Assembly (NCBI GenBank): GCA_965227295.1
Contig: OZ245742.1
Span: 3,200,001-3,264,000, forward strand
Origin: Leptonemataceae bacterium
Lineage (GTDB): Bacteria; Spirochaetota; Leptospiria; Leptospirales; Leptonemataceae
Direction: 5' to 3'
DNA: 64,000 nucleotides
Shown in pieces: positions 10,482 to 19,252 of the stretch. The position numbers were made by a program, and so were the translations under genes. The notes beneath the pieces were generated by a model. That model did not search any database, was not told where the DNA came from, and saw only the letters and a list, made by a program, of their open reading frames with translations. Position 1 is the first letter of the stretch; each line of letters begins with the position of its first letter.

Positions 10482-10958
10482 TCAGTTCGTCGGCGGTTCG
10501 GGCTTCCGCTCCGGCTCCGGCTGCTCCAGCTTCTCTGCTTTCCCCGGCGGATACTCTTCGTACTCTTCTTCCTGAGCCACGAACGGCCGTTCGTCGCGTT
10601 CGAATGGATAAAACCAGCGCGCCACGTAGGAGCCCACGAAGATCAGCGGCGTGGCCACGAGCTTCGGAATCGCCACCGTGCGCGAGAGCATGACGTTGTG
10701 TTCGGTAAAATCCAGATAAACGTAATCTACGGCGTCCCGGCCGGCGGGCACAACGGCTTCCACCGTGCGAATGCCCTGATCCGCCGTGGCAACCACGGGC
10801 AGGGCCACCGCATGCAGCGGCCAGGTAACCAGACACTCGGTCACGCTTTCCGGAAAGAACGCTTCGACGTACGCCTCGCTGATGTAGGGATCGGCAAGAA
10901 AGCCGCAACGACTGCCGAGGGCGGCGACGAGGGTTACGAGCAGGATTCGAACACGCAT
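10482..10958 (-). CDS. Putative lipoprotein (paralogue 3 of a tandem family)
   Basis: Signal peptide ending in Cys (ALGSRC); C-terminal TPLIFVGS motif shared with its neighbours. Confidence 0.75.
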   Translation of the reverse strand: MRVRILLVTLVAALGSRCGFLADPYISEAYVEAFFPESVTECLVTWPLHAVALPVVATADQGIRTVEAVVPAGRDAVDYVYLDFTEHNVMLSRTVAIPKLVATPLIFVGSYVARWFYPFERDERPFVAQEEEYEEYPPGKAEKLEQPEPERKPEPPTN

Positions 10959-11480
10959 CTATTGCGGCTCCTTGAGTTCGGTCGGTTCGACGATTTCGCC
11001 GTCTTCGGGTTCTTCCGCCGATTCCGCGTTGGGCGGGCCGATCAAGCGCCCGTCCTCGTCGCGCTGCCATTGCCGACCCCACTCGGGCCAGGCCCAGGCG
11101 GCGTCTTCCGTCGGCTCCACGGCGAAAGTCGTTCGCAAGATCCAGGAGCCCGCAAAGACCAGGGGTGTGAGCGCGGTCTGAAACGGTAGAATTCCCAGGT
11201 TCGAATAGTAACCGTCGAAGTCCGCTGTAAAAAAATCGGCGGCGTTTTCGTAGGCCGAGGGCAAATGCACGGCGGGCGCCACGATAAAGTTGTCCACGGC
11301 GAGGGTCCCGATGCACAGCGGGATCAACAGCGGGGTGGCCACCCATTGCAGGACGGGGTCGTCCGGTGTCAGATTGCGGTCGGTGTAATTTGTCACCGCC
11401 ATGTGGTTTAGATCCGTGGAGGCGCAGTGCAGGGAGGCGCCGAGCAACGCAAGGATCGTAAAACGGTAGATGGTTTTCAT
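10959..11480 (-). CDS. Putative lipoprotein (paralogue 2)
   Basis: MKTIYRFTILALLGASLHC lipoprotein signal; TPLVFAGS motif. Confidence 0.8.
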   Translation of the reverse strand: MKTIYRFTILALLGASLHCASTDLNHMAVTNYTDRNLTPDDPVLQWVATPLLIPLCIGTLAVDNFIVAPAVHLPSAYENAADFFTADFDGYYSNLGILPFQTALTPLVFAGSWILRTTFAVEPTEDAAWAWPEWGRQWQRDEDGRLIGPPNAESAEEPEDGEIVEPTELKEPQ

Positions 11481-11502
11481 GTGATGTTAGTGTGTGTAGC
11501 CT

Positions 11503-11889
11503 TTACCAGATCGGCAGCGTGATGTGCGCTACCATCGCTCCGACGAAAAGAACCGGGAAAGTGATGATGCGCATGGGAAAGACCAGTACCTCGCCGACAC
11601 CGGCAAAGGGCACCTCGGTGAAGACGAATTCGGCGAGTTCGAAGGACGGCTCAATGGCCCGCACCGGGTTAATGAGGGCGCCGTCGATCAGGAGTGTTGT
11701 GAGGCCGACGGGCATGGCCACCGGTGCCAGAGCCACCCGGGCCGCGGGAGACTCCGGTGCGGCGTGTTCGTCCAGGGCGCCGGTAAGTACACGATTTTCC
11801 TGCTGTAGTACCGCGCAGGCGGACGCCGGTAGCGCGCAGAAAACAACGAGCACAAAGAGCCGAAGGATTAACATCACTTGATTGAGCAT
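11503..11889 (-). CDS. Putative lipoprotein (paralogue 1)
   Basis: ATG at 11889 overlaps the upstream TAA (TAATG); signal ending ASAC; FPVLFVGA motif. Confidence 0.75.
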   Translation of the reverse strand: MLNQVMLILRLFVLVVFCALPASACAVLQQENRVLTGALDEHAAPESPAARVALAPVAMPVGLTTLLIDGALINPVRAIEPSFELAEFVFTEVPFAGVGEVLVFPMRIITFPVLFVGAMVAHITLPIW

Positions 11890-12266
11890 TAGTTGGAGCA
11901 CTCCTCGGAAACGAGCAGCGGGCAGACGAGCAATGAACCGGCGGCGGGCAGCAGACACGAGCGCGCCGCGGAGTCGTTGCCGGAATTCAGTGTGGTGCAG
12001 GCCACGGTATACTCCAGCAGGGCGATGCCGCACAGTGCGGCCTGATCCCGTTCGCTCCGGCACTGGTTCACCGAGCCGCCGGCGGTGCAGGCGAGGCCCA
12101 GGGCCAGGGCCCAGGCAACGAACAGCGGGCCGGAGCGCAGCACCGCCGAAACAGTTGCCCGCAGGCATTGTCGCGTAGTTTTTCTCGTTGGATGCGTGGG
12201 CTGCATGGATTTTTTCGTCGAGGAATACGGCGAAGCACGGAACATGGCCCTGCGCGGCGCCCGCAT
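11889..12266 (-). CDS. Small Cys-rich putative lipoprotein (true start probably internal)
   Basis: LFVAWALALGLAC lipobox-like segment followed by six more Cys; stop coupled to the next start. Confidence 0.55.
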   Translation of the reverse strand: MRAPRRAMFRASPYSSTKKSMQPTHPTRKTTRQCLRATVSAVLRSGPLFVAWALALGLACTAGGSVNQCRSERDQAALCGIALLEYTVACTTLNSGNDSAARSCLLPAAGSLLVCPLLVSEECSN

Positions 12267-12307
12267 ATTTCATGGGCGGCTGCCGTCTGCGTGTCTATAA
12301 AAATCCC

Positions 12308-12592
12308 ATGCTTTTTTTGCGCTCCAGCGGTTACGCCGAATACGGAATGGTCTTCTGGGAATTGGAAGGCGAGAGCATCGATTTCACCGAGGGGGAATTC
12401 GAAGATCTCGTTAGCCATCTGCGCAGCGGGCGGTTGTTCGAGTTTCTGCGTCATCGTCGACCCGCGCTGCGGGATTTCCTGCTCGAACGCTTCGCCGACA
12501 GCATGCGTGAGGGCGATCTCGAAGAAAGCGACCTCGAGGACGTACTGGAGAGCCGGATTTTGGACCTGGAACGGCGCATTCGTCATGCCTAA
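12308..12592 (+). CDS. Small acidic hypothetical protein
   Basis: Protein-like helical composition; stop overlaps the TetR start. Confidence 0.6.
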   Translation: MLFLRSSGYAEYGMVFWELEGESIDFTEGEFEDLVSHLRSGRLFEFLRHRRPALRDFLLERFADSMREGDLEESDLEDVLESRILDLERRIRHA

Positions 12593-13112
12593 TACGTCGA
12601 GTCCTGCTAAAACGCTCTGGTTCGAAGAAGGTCTCGCGGTCCTGGGGGAATCCGGATCGCAGCATCTGACGATCGACGTACTCTGCCGTCGCCTCAAGCT
12701 CACGAAGGGCGCATTCTATCATCACTTCGGGAGTCGGGAGATTTACAGCCGGGAGTTGCTGGAGTTCTGGGAGGAGCGTTATACCAGGGCTTTCATTGCC
12801 GAGAGCGCGCGCGGCCGTGACGCCGACCAGAAGCTGCGCCGCCTGGGTAACCTGCTGACCCGCGGCTCCTTCCGGCATGAGATCGCCATTCGCGCCTGGG
12901 CCCTGACGGACGCGGCCGTTCGCGACGCTCAGGAACGCATCGATGCCGCACGTTTCGAGTACGTGCGTTCTCTGTACGTCGAAAAGATCGGCGATCGTCG
13001 GGAGGCCGCCCTGCGCGCCCGCATCTTGTTGTGCGCCTTTGTCGGCGCCCAGCAGATCATCCCGCCCATCACCGGCCGGCAATTGCAAAGGATCTTTCGC
13101 GAGCTCGCCTGA
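12585..13112 (+). CDS. TetR/AcrR family transcriptional regulator
   Basis: LTIDVLCRRLKLTKGAFYHHFGSRE HTH; EIAIRAWA; start ATG 12585. Confidence 0.93.
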   Translation: MPNTSSPAKTLWFEEGLAVLGESGSQHLTIDVLCRRLKLTKGAFYHHFGSREIYSRELLEFWEERYTRAFIAESARGRDADQKLRRLGNLLTRGSFRHEIAIRAWALTDAAVRDAQERIDAARFEYVRSLYVEKIGDRREAALRARILLCAFVGAQQIIPPITGRQLQRIFRELA

Positions 13113-13199
13113 GCAAGAAGCGGAGTACCGCGCCGCATCCTCCGTGCTTTTCTGAAAGCAGCCGGCTCATCCCAGTGCCGGCAGGAGGTAAAATCAAAA

Positions 13200-13964
13200 G
13201 TGAGTACGTTACAAAACAAGGTGGCCATCGTAACCGGGGCGAGCTCCGGCATCGGTCGGGCGACGGCGAAGCTGTTCGCGCGTGAGAAAGCGAGCGTGCT
13301 GGTTGCAGCAAGATCAAACGCAGCCCTGGAGGAACTGGTGCGGGAGATTGCGGAAGACGGCGGCGAAGCGGTTGCCGTCAGCGGAGACGTCCGCGATGAA
13401 TCGTTGCAGCAGGAACTCGTGAGACTTGCCCGGGAGCGCTTCGGCGGCCTGGACATTGCATTCAACAACGCCGGGGCGCTGGGGGAACTGGCCGGTGCCG
13501 TGGACCTGTCTCTCGCCGGCTGGCAGGCGACAATCGATACGAATCTCACGGCATCGTTCCTGGCCGCGAAGTACCAGTTGCCGGCCATGGTCGAACGGGG
13601 CGGGGGCTCGATGATCTTTACATCGACGTTCGTCGGCCATACCGCCGGGCTCCCGGGCATGGCGGCGTATGCGGCGAGCAAGGCCGGGCTGCTGGGGCTG
13701 ACCCGGGTCCTGGCGGCGGAGTACGGTCGCCAGGGAGTGCGCGTCAATGCGCTCGTGCCCGGCGGCGTCGATACGCCCATGGGGCAGTCCGTCGCGAATA
13801 CGCCGGAAGTCCTGGCGTACGTCAGTAATCTGCATGCCCTGGGTCGCATCGCCACGGCCGGGGAAATCGCGCAAACGGCGTTGTACCTGGCCTCGGATGC
13901 CTCCAGTTTCACCACCGGCTCCGCTCTGATGGCGGACGGGGGTGCTTCGATTTATCGGGCCTGA
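13200..13964 (+). CDS. SDR family oxidoreductase
   Basis: TGASSGIG, NNAG, YAASK; AGGAGG RBS upstream of GTG. Confidence 0.95.
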   Translation: MSTLQNKVAIVTGASSGIGRATAKLFAREKASVLVAARSNAALEELVREIAEDGGEAVAVSGDVRDESLQQELVRLARERFGGLDIAFNNAGALGELAGAVDLSLAGWQATIDTNLTASFLAAKYQLPAMVERGGGSMIFTSTFVGHTAGLPGMAAYAASKAGLLGLTRVLAAEYGRQGVRVNALVPGGVDTPMGQSVANTPEVLAYVSNLHALGRIATAGEIAQTALYLASDASSFTTGSALMADGGASIYRA

Positions 13965-13970
13965 GCCTGG

Positions 13971-14009
13971 AAATTCGCCGGACTGTCCGCAGGGCGGCGA
14001 ATTTTTGTT
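13971..14009 (+). terminator. Probable intrinsic terminator
   Basis: 10 bp arms aaattcgccg/cggcgaattt running into a T-rich tail, 6 bp after the SDR stop. Confidence 0.6.
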
Positions 14010-14041
14010 GCCAGAGAACATACCATAAGGTATGGTATGTT
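14008..14041 (+). promoter_or_regulatory. Sigma70-type promoter overlapped by a palindromic operator
   Basis: TTGCCA-N17-TATGGT; perfect inverted repeat AACATACCATA-agg-TATGGTATGTT at 14017-14041. Confidence 0.7.
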
Positions 14042-14055
14042 ATTCAGGAGGCTGT

Positions 14056-14700
14056 ATGAGCAATCACAACGTATTTTTGGAAATGCTGCGCGCCGTTGCG
14101 GGGCTGGAAATCCGCAACGTGCACGAACGACGGATTCCCGGCGCGGATCGCGGCCGGGCCGCCGCTTTGATCGACGGCCTGGCCGGGCCGGAGGATCGCT
14201 TCTGGCCGGGGAATCGCGGCTGGCCGCCCATGCGTTTCGCCCGCCGCGCCGGCGGTTTGCGGGAGGGGCTCCGCGGCGGGCACGGGCCGATCGGTTACGT
14301 CATTGACGAATACGTTCCCGGGCGGCGCATCGTGTTTCGTTTTACGCGGCCGGCCGGTTTTGCCGGCGTCCACTTTCTGGAGGTCGTAGATGACGCAGAA
14401 GCGATTGTGCTGCGCCACGAAATCGTGATGCACGTGCACGGGCTCGCGAAGCTCTCGTGGCCCCTGGCGTTTCGCCGGCTGCACGACGCGCTGCTTGAAG
14501 ACGCCTTAGATAACGCGGAGCGCGAGTTAAGCGGTATGGTTGCGAATCCGGCGGCGTGGTCGTGGCAGGTCAAACTGCTGCGAACGTTTTTCACGCCGGC
14601 CGGGGAGAATCAAGACGCAGGTACGGTAAGGCGTCCGGGCCGAAGCGAACAATCTCAACAAAACGACCTTCCGCAACTCAGAAGAGCCGTGCCCAAATGA
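14056..14700 (+). CDS. SRPBCC-like protein
   Basis: IRNVHERRI, WPPMRF, GGHGPIGY, FRRLHDALLEDALD; AGGAGG RBS before ATG 14056. Confidence 0.75.
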   Translation: MSNHNVFLEMLRAVAGLEIRNVHERRIPGADRGRAAALIDGLAGPEDRFWPGNRGWPPMRFARRAGGLREGLRGGHGPIGYVIDEYVPGRRIVFRFTRPAGFAGVHFLEVVDDAEAIVLRHEIVMHVHGLAKLSWPLAFRRLHDALLEDALDNAERELSGMVANPAAWSWQVKLLRTFFTPAGENQDAGTVRRPGRSEQSQQNDLPQLRRAVPK

Positions 14701-14739
14701 TATCGATCTACACCGCCACTAACTTAATATTCGGGGCGG

Positions 14740-15378
14740 CTAATTTTCACGTTTGTGGATAACCCGCAGATAAAGCACGAGCGCCACGAAGTCGTAGAGG
14801 GCATGCAGTAAAATCGGCGCGAGCAGGTTGTCCGTGTACTCGAGGACGAAGCCCATGTAGGACCCCATGAGTCCGGCGACAACGGCGTAGGTGGGGGTGA
14901 TCCAGTGGGCCAGGCCGAAGATGACGTTCGAAGCGACGATGCCGGCTACAACGTCGCCGCCGAAAACGTAGGCGCACACCGGCTGGAGCAGGCCCCGAAA
15001 GAGGATCTCCTCGCCGAAGCCGGCCATGAGCGAGATTAACAGCAGCTCAAAGATTGTTAGTTCGCGAAAGAGCGGCAGGATCACGCTGTCCAGGCGCCGG
15101 CGGATGCTGCGAAACGGCCCCACGGGCAACGTGGTGATGATGCCGAAGAAGGCGAGCAGGGGCAGCGTGAACAGGAGCGCCAGGCCCAGGTCCCCGCCGA
15201 GTTCCACGGGGTCCAGTTGCACCCGGGCCAGCGCCGGAAAGCCGCTCAGCCAGCCGATGAATACGGCGGCGAGGCCGAGGCCGCCCTCAAACCACACGGC
15301 GATGTCCACAATGCGGCGTTGTTCTCGCGGGTCCGGGGAATCCGGGGATGGTGGTTCTTCGGAGAAAGGATCGTTCAA
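14740..15378 (-). CDS. CPBP (CAAX/Abi) intramembrane metalloprotease
   Basis: GEEILFRG, FGLAH, HALYD motifs. Confidence 0.92.
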   Translation of the reverse strand: MNDPFSEEPPSPDSPDPREQRRIVDIAVWFEGGLGLAAVFIGWLSGFPALARVQLDPVELGGDLGLALLFTLPLLAFFGIITTLPVGPFRSIRRRLDSVILPLFRELTIFELLLISLMAGFGEEILFRGLLQPVCAYVFGGDVVAGIVASNVIFGLAHWITPTYAVVAGLMGSYMGFVLEYTDNLLAPILLHALYDFVALVLYLRVIHKREN

Positions 15379-15401
15379 GGGTAAGTTGATTTTCCTGAAT
15401 G

Positions 15402-16043
15402 TTAGTTCAGGGTGGGGTTCTGATCCGTTTCGGCGAAGACACGGTAGATGCCGCCCTTTTCTTTCAGGGCGTCTTTCCAGCCCTGTTCCGGGTCCGCGTG
15501 AAAGACGATCTTCGGTGTAGCCGGGTGGATGACCCAGGAACCCATTTGCATTTCTTTTTCCAGCTGGCCGGGCGCCCAGCCGCTGTAACCCAGAAACAAA
15601 TGGATGCTCGGATGATCGTCGGCGGGGATTTGCGCCCAGCTCTCTTCGTCGAAAAGATACTCCACGTTCTGAAACGACGGCTCAAAGACCACGCCCTTCA
15701 CCGGACGCATGATGCTCTCGCTGCTGTCGTGGCTCTCGGGCATTTCCGAATGCAGCACGAAGAGATACTCCTGCTGCACCGGGCCGCCGACGTAAATGGG
15801 CGTGCTCTGACCGCGCGGGGTGTTGTACTTCGGCATGATGTCGCCCAGCGTAAGTTTCGAGCGACGGTTCACCACGAGACCGAAGGCGCCTTCTTTGTTG
15901 TGCTCCAGCATGAGGACGACCGTCTGAAAGAAGTTCGGATCCGGCATGTTGGATTCGGAGATTAAGAAATACCCCCGCAACGAAGAGGGAAACTCTTCGT
16001 CGCCGTGATTCGAGGGACGATGAAAGGGATTGCCCGCGGACAT
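15402..16043 (-). CDS. YqgE/AlgH family protein
   Basis: DPNFFQTVV, GAFGLVVN, GGPV, GYSGWAPGQLEKE. Confidence 0.95.
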   Translation of the reverse strand: MSAGNPFHRPSNHGDEEFPSSLRGYFLISESNMPDPNFFQTVVLMLEHNKEGAFGLVVNRRSKLTLGDIMPKYNTPRGQSTPIYVGGPVQQEYLFVLHSEMPESHDSSESIMRPVKGVVFEPSFQNVEYLFDEESWAQIPADDHPSIHLFLGYSGWAPGQLEKEMQMGSWVIHPATPKIVFHADPEQGWKDALKEKGGIYRVFAETDQNPTLN

Positions 16044-16091
16044 GGTGACACGGCAGTCTGGCGGATTTAAGAGCGAGTAGCAAGCATGATT

Positions 16092-17678
16092 TTACGCCGG
16101 CGGATGCTCATACAGCGGCACTTCCGGATTATTCTTCAGGAAGTTCTGCATGCGAAATTCGCTCTTAAACAGGACCACCGGCCGGTCCAGTTGATCCTTA
16201 ATGACCCAGTCGTAGCTTGAGAATTTATCGCGGTCTTCTTCGCGAATCCAGCGCGAGCACTCGTAGCCGAGCATCTCCACGCGGCACGGCGCGCCGTACT
16301 CGTCCTGCATACGAAACTGAAAGACGTCGAACTGAAGATTGCCCACCGCGCCGAGTACGCCCTGGCCGTCCGGGGACTGAAAGACCTGGACGACACCTTC
16401 CTCGGACAACTCTTGCAGTCCTTTGCGGAACTGTTTCAATTTGGAAGTATCCGTGGGAACCAGGCGTGCGAAGAGTTCCGGCGCGAACTGGGGAATCGAT
16501 TCAAACGACGGGGTGGGCCCCGAAGATAACACGTCACCGATTAAGAACGTGCCGGGGTTGATGAGGCCGATGATGTCGCCGGGATAGGCGATGTCCACCG
16601 TGTTGCGGTCCTGGCCGAAGAAGGCCACCGGCGAAGAGAGGCGTACGTTTTTCCCCAGGCGATCGTGGTTCACGGACATGCCCCGTTCAAAGACGCCGCT
16701 GGTAACGCGCAAAAAGGCGACGCGGTCGCGGTGCTTCTGGTTCATGTTGGCCTGGAGCTTGAAGATGAATCCCGTGAACCGACTGTCGGCCGGTGCTAAT
16801 GTTTCCTCAGAATCTTTTAAGGGCACCGGTCCGGGCGGCGGGCAGAGTTCCAGGAAACGATCGAGAAAGAGCTGTACGCCGAAGTTGTTCATGGCGGAGC
16901 CGAAGAAGACCGGAGTGATCTCGCCCTTGCGAAAGGCCTCCGGGTCGAACGGCGGCAGAGCCTCCTGCGCGAGCTCGGCCCCTTCTTTGAAGATTTCGTA
17001 GAGCTCCTCGTCCATGATGCTCGCGAGTTCCGGATCGTCGAGGCCCGAGGTTTCTTCCGGCGCCATGTAGGCTCCGCCCACCGTACGTTCGAAACGATGC
17101 ACCAACTGCGAACTGAGATCGTAGACGCCCTTGAAGTCACGCCCTGAACCCATGGGCCACAGCATGGGCGAGGCGGTAATGCCCAGGACCTTTTCGATGT
17201 TGTCCATCAACTCGAAGGGATCCAGGGCGGGCATGTCCATCTTGTTGATGAACGTGACGATGGGGATGCGGCGTTCCTGGCAGACGCGAAAGAGTTTGAT
17301 CGTTTGCGGCTCCACGCCCTTGCCCGCGTCGAGCAACATCACGGCGGCGTCCACGGCCATGAGCGTACGGTACGTATCCTCGGAGAAGTCTTCGTGGCCG
17401 GGGGTGTCGAGGAGGTTCAGGATGTGGTCTTCGTAGCCGAATTGCAGGGCGGCGGTGCTCACGGAGATGCCGCGTTCCTGTTCCATTTTCATCCAGTCCG
17501 ACTTCGTTTTCTTGCGGTCCTTGCGTGCGCGCACGTGGCCGGCCAGGTGAATGGCGCCGCCGTACAACAGGAGCTTCTCGGTCAACGTCGTCTTGCCGGC
17601 GTCGGGGTGTGCAATGATTGCGAATGCGCGCCTTTTTTTGATCTCGGCGGCGATTTTAGGATCGGTGGCGGTGCTCAT
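16092..17678 (-). CDS. prfC: Peptide chain release factor 3
   Basis: HPDAGKTTLTEKLLL, SDWMKMEQERGIS, DTPGHEDFSEDTYRTL, GAVGNLQFDV. Confidence 0.98.
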   Translation of the reverse strand: MSTATDPKIAAEIKKRRAFAIIAHPDAGKTTLTEKLLLYGGAIHLAGHVRARKDRKKTKSDWMKMEQERGISVSTAALQFGYEDHILNLLDTPGHEDFSEDTYRTLMAVDAAVMLLDAGKGVEPQTIKLFRVCQERRIPIVTFINKMDMPALDPFELMDNIEKVLGITASPMLWPMGSGRDFKGVYDLSSQLVHRFERTVGGAYMAPEETSGLDDPELASIMDEELYEIFKEGAELAQEALPPFDPEAFRKGEITPVFFGSAMNNFGVQLFLDRFLELCPPPGPVPLKDSEETLAPADSRFTGFIFKLQANMNQKHRDRVAFLRVTSGVFERGMSVNHDRLGKNVRLSSPVAFFGQDRNTVDIAYPGDIIGLINPGTFLIGDVLSSGPTPSFESIPQFAPELFARLVPTDTSKLKQFRKGLQELSEEGVVQVFQSPDGQGVLGAVGNLQFDVFQFRMQDEYGAPCRVEMLGYECSRWIREEDRDKFSSYDWVIKDQLDRPVVLFKSEFRMQNFLKNNPEVPLYEHPPA

Positions 17679-17687
17679 ATCTCGTTG

Positions 17688-17820
17688 GCCACAGAGGCAC
17701 AGAGTGCACAGAGAAATTTACATGATGCGAATGCGGGCGGGCTAAGCCGGCTGTCGGTCGGGCGAGCGCGATCGTCCACCCCATCAAACGCAAACTCTGT
17801 GTCCTCTGTGCCTCTGTGGC
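17688..17820. repeat. Intergenic inverted-repeat element (26 bp arms)
   Basis: gccacagaggcacagag-tg-cacagag (17688-17713) versus ctctgtg-tc-ctctgtgcctctgtggc (17795-17820). Confidence 0.85.
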
Positions 17821-17925
17821 AAAAGGTTGCAGAGGCTCCCGCCAGATTCGTTCCGGAAGGCCCACCGTCAATCGAATGCTTTTTTCCTGGCGTTGTGGTT
17901 CGCGCACCGTTATAATGGAGGAAGT

Positions 17926-18831
17926 ATGGAATCGTGGGAGCCGGAAGAGAGTTTCGAGAAGGCCGATTTTCCCGTTCGGAAGAAGAAGGCAAAGCCGTCG
18001 CAAAAGAAGGCCGCGCCGGAACAACGTCCCGCGCCGCCGCAGCGTCCCGCGCCGCCGCAGCGTCCGCCGCAGTCCTCCCGCCCGGCCCGGCCGGCATCTC
18101 CCACTCCGCCGCCGACCTCGCCGCCGGCCGGTTCCGATGAAAAGATTCGCATTGGTCAGTGGTCGCCGGACCTGGAGTTCGCTCAGGCCGACTTCAAGGG
18201 CGTGCCGAAAGAGGAGACCCTGGAAAGCGGCGACGACAAGCGCAGTGCCGACGCCATCCAGGATATTGCCCGGCGCGCGCAGCGGCCGAAGCCCGACTCC
18301 GATGCGCCTAAGCGTGCTCGTTCCTGGCAACCGCCCCGGGTGGATCGCAGCGACGAGGCCAGTCCCGGCAAGCCGTTGTTCCCGCGGGTCTCGGGTCAGG
18401 CAGCGAAACACGTGGTTCGCCGCAAAACGCCCGATCCGGACTCCGCCGTCCCGGCCAACGCGGCCTCCCGCTCCGCCGCGAAATCGGGCGCGCGGAACTC
18501 CCAGGCGGGACCGGGCTTCACGGAACGCATTCTACAGGAACTGGTCATCCTTCAGCGCGAGAACGCCCGCCACATCCTGCGTAACTGGTACTGGGAAAAA
18601 CAGAACATGGCCCCGGAGGGTTTGCGGCACATCGCCCCTTACGATCGCATTTTCATTGTGCTTTCCGGTCTGGGGCCGAAGGTCCTGGAAATTCTCTACG
18701 AGTCCATGACGCCCGCCGAGCGCCGGCAGATGCAGGAAATCCTCACCGAACCGCGCCGTCGTTCTCCCGCGGCGAATGAAATCATCACTGTACGAAATGC
18801 CTTCATGCAACTGATCCGCGGCGACGCGTAA
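17926..18831 (+). CDS. Pro-rich hypothetical protein with C-terminal FliG-N-like helical domain
   Basis: GGAGGA RBS before ATG 17926; disordered N-terminus; C-terminal RIFIVLSGLGPKVLEILYESMTPAERRQM. Confidence 0.7.
   Translation: MESWEPEESFEKADFPVRKKKAKPSQKKAAPEQRPAPPQRPAPPQRPPQSSRPARPASPTPPPTSPPAGSDEKIRIGQWSPDLEFAQADFKGVPKEETLESGDDKRSADAIQDIARRAQRPKPDSDAPKRARSWQPPRVDRSDEASPGKPLFPRVSGQAAKHVVRRKTPDPDSAVPANAASRSAAKSGARNSQAGPGFTERILQELVILQRENARHILRNWYWEKQNMAPEGLRHIAPYDRIFIVLSGLGPKVLEILYESMTPAERRQMQEILTEPRRRSPAANEIITVRNAFMQLIRGDA
18025..18072 (+). repeat. 18 bp in-frame tandem repeat (RPAPPQ)
   Basis: cgtcccgcgccgccgcag twice plus a partial third copy. Confidence 0.85.
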
Positions 18832-18862
18832 ACTGATCTGTGTCAAATTTTGACAGCAGCGC

Positions 18863-18972
18863 CTCTTCGCGCCAGGGATACGGAGGGTCGCGAAGCGAGT
18901 CTTTGCGCAGCAAAGACCGGAGCGATAGCGGAGCCCGTAGCAGCCCGGTCGCCGCGCAGCGGCGAGGCGCCC
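18863..18972 (+). repeat. ~110 bp structured intergenic repeat, family A copy 2
   Basis: Homologous to 5602-5715 with different but still paired stems. Confidence 0.9.
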
Positions 18973-19040
18973 CTGAAAAAAGAACCTGCATTTCCAGTGG
19001 AAATCTACCACGTAAACTTTGTATCAGGTAATACTAGTTT

Positions 19041-19140
19041 GGGCGTTCCCCTTCGCGCTGCGCGCTCCGGGGCGCGCTTTCGGCGGGGAACCAACTGGCG
19101 CAGCCCCGACAAGCGGGCCACCCCTCCAATCCCTAACGCA
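19041..19140 (-). repeat. Family A-related repeat, copy 3 (inverted relative to copy 2)
   Basis: Minus strand reads gcgttagggattggagggg...ggggaacgccc, matching the ends of copies 1 and 2; the interior carries the ggggaaccaactg...gacaagc module. Confidence 0.7.
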
Positions 19141-19252
19141 AGAATTGACATACGGGTGCGGCCCGCCGGCCCGGCAGCGGACGGAATCACCATCCCGATG
19201 CCTCCCGCACTCGCTTGACCGGCCCACGGCTTTTCAGATCTTGTTCCAATAT

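Noticed and set aside
17911..17916. Perfect TATAAT upstream of ATG 17926
   Set aside because: No convincing -35, and it would place the transcription start downstream of the RBS; not supportable without TSS data
17816..18709. Arg-rich 297 aa alternative frame
   Set aside because: The overlapping frame starting at 17926 has an RBS and a folded-looking C-terminal domain; Arg/Pro-rich off-frames are expected in GC-rich DNA
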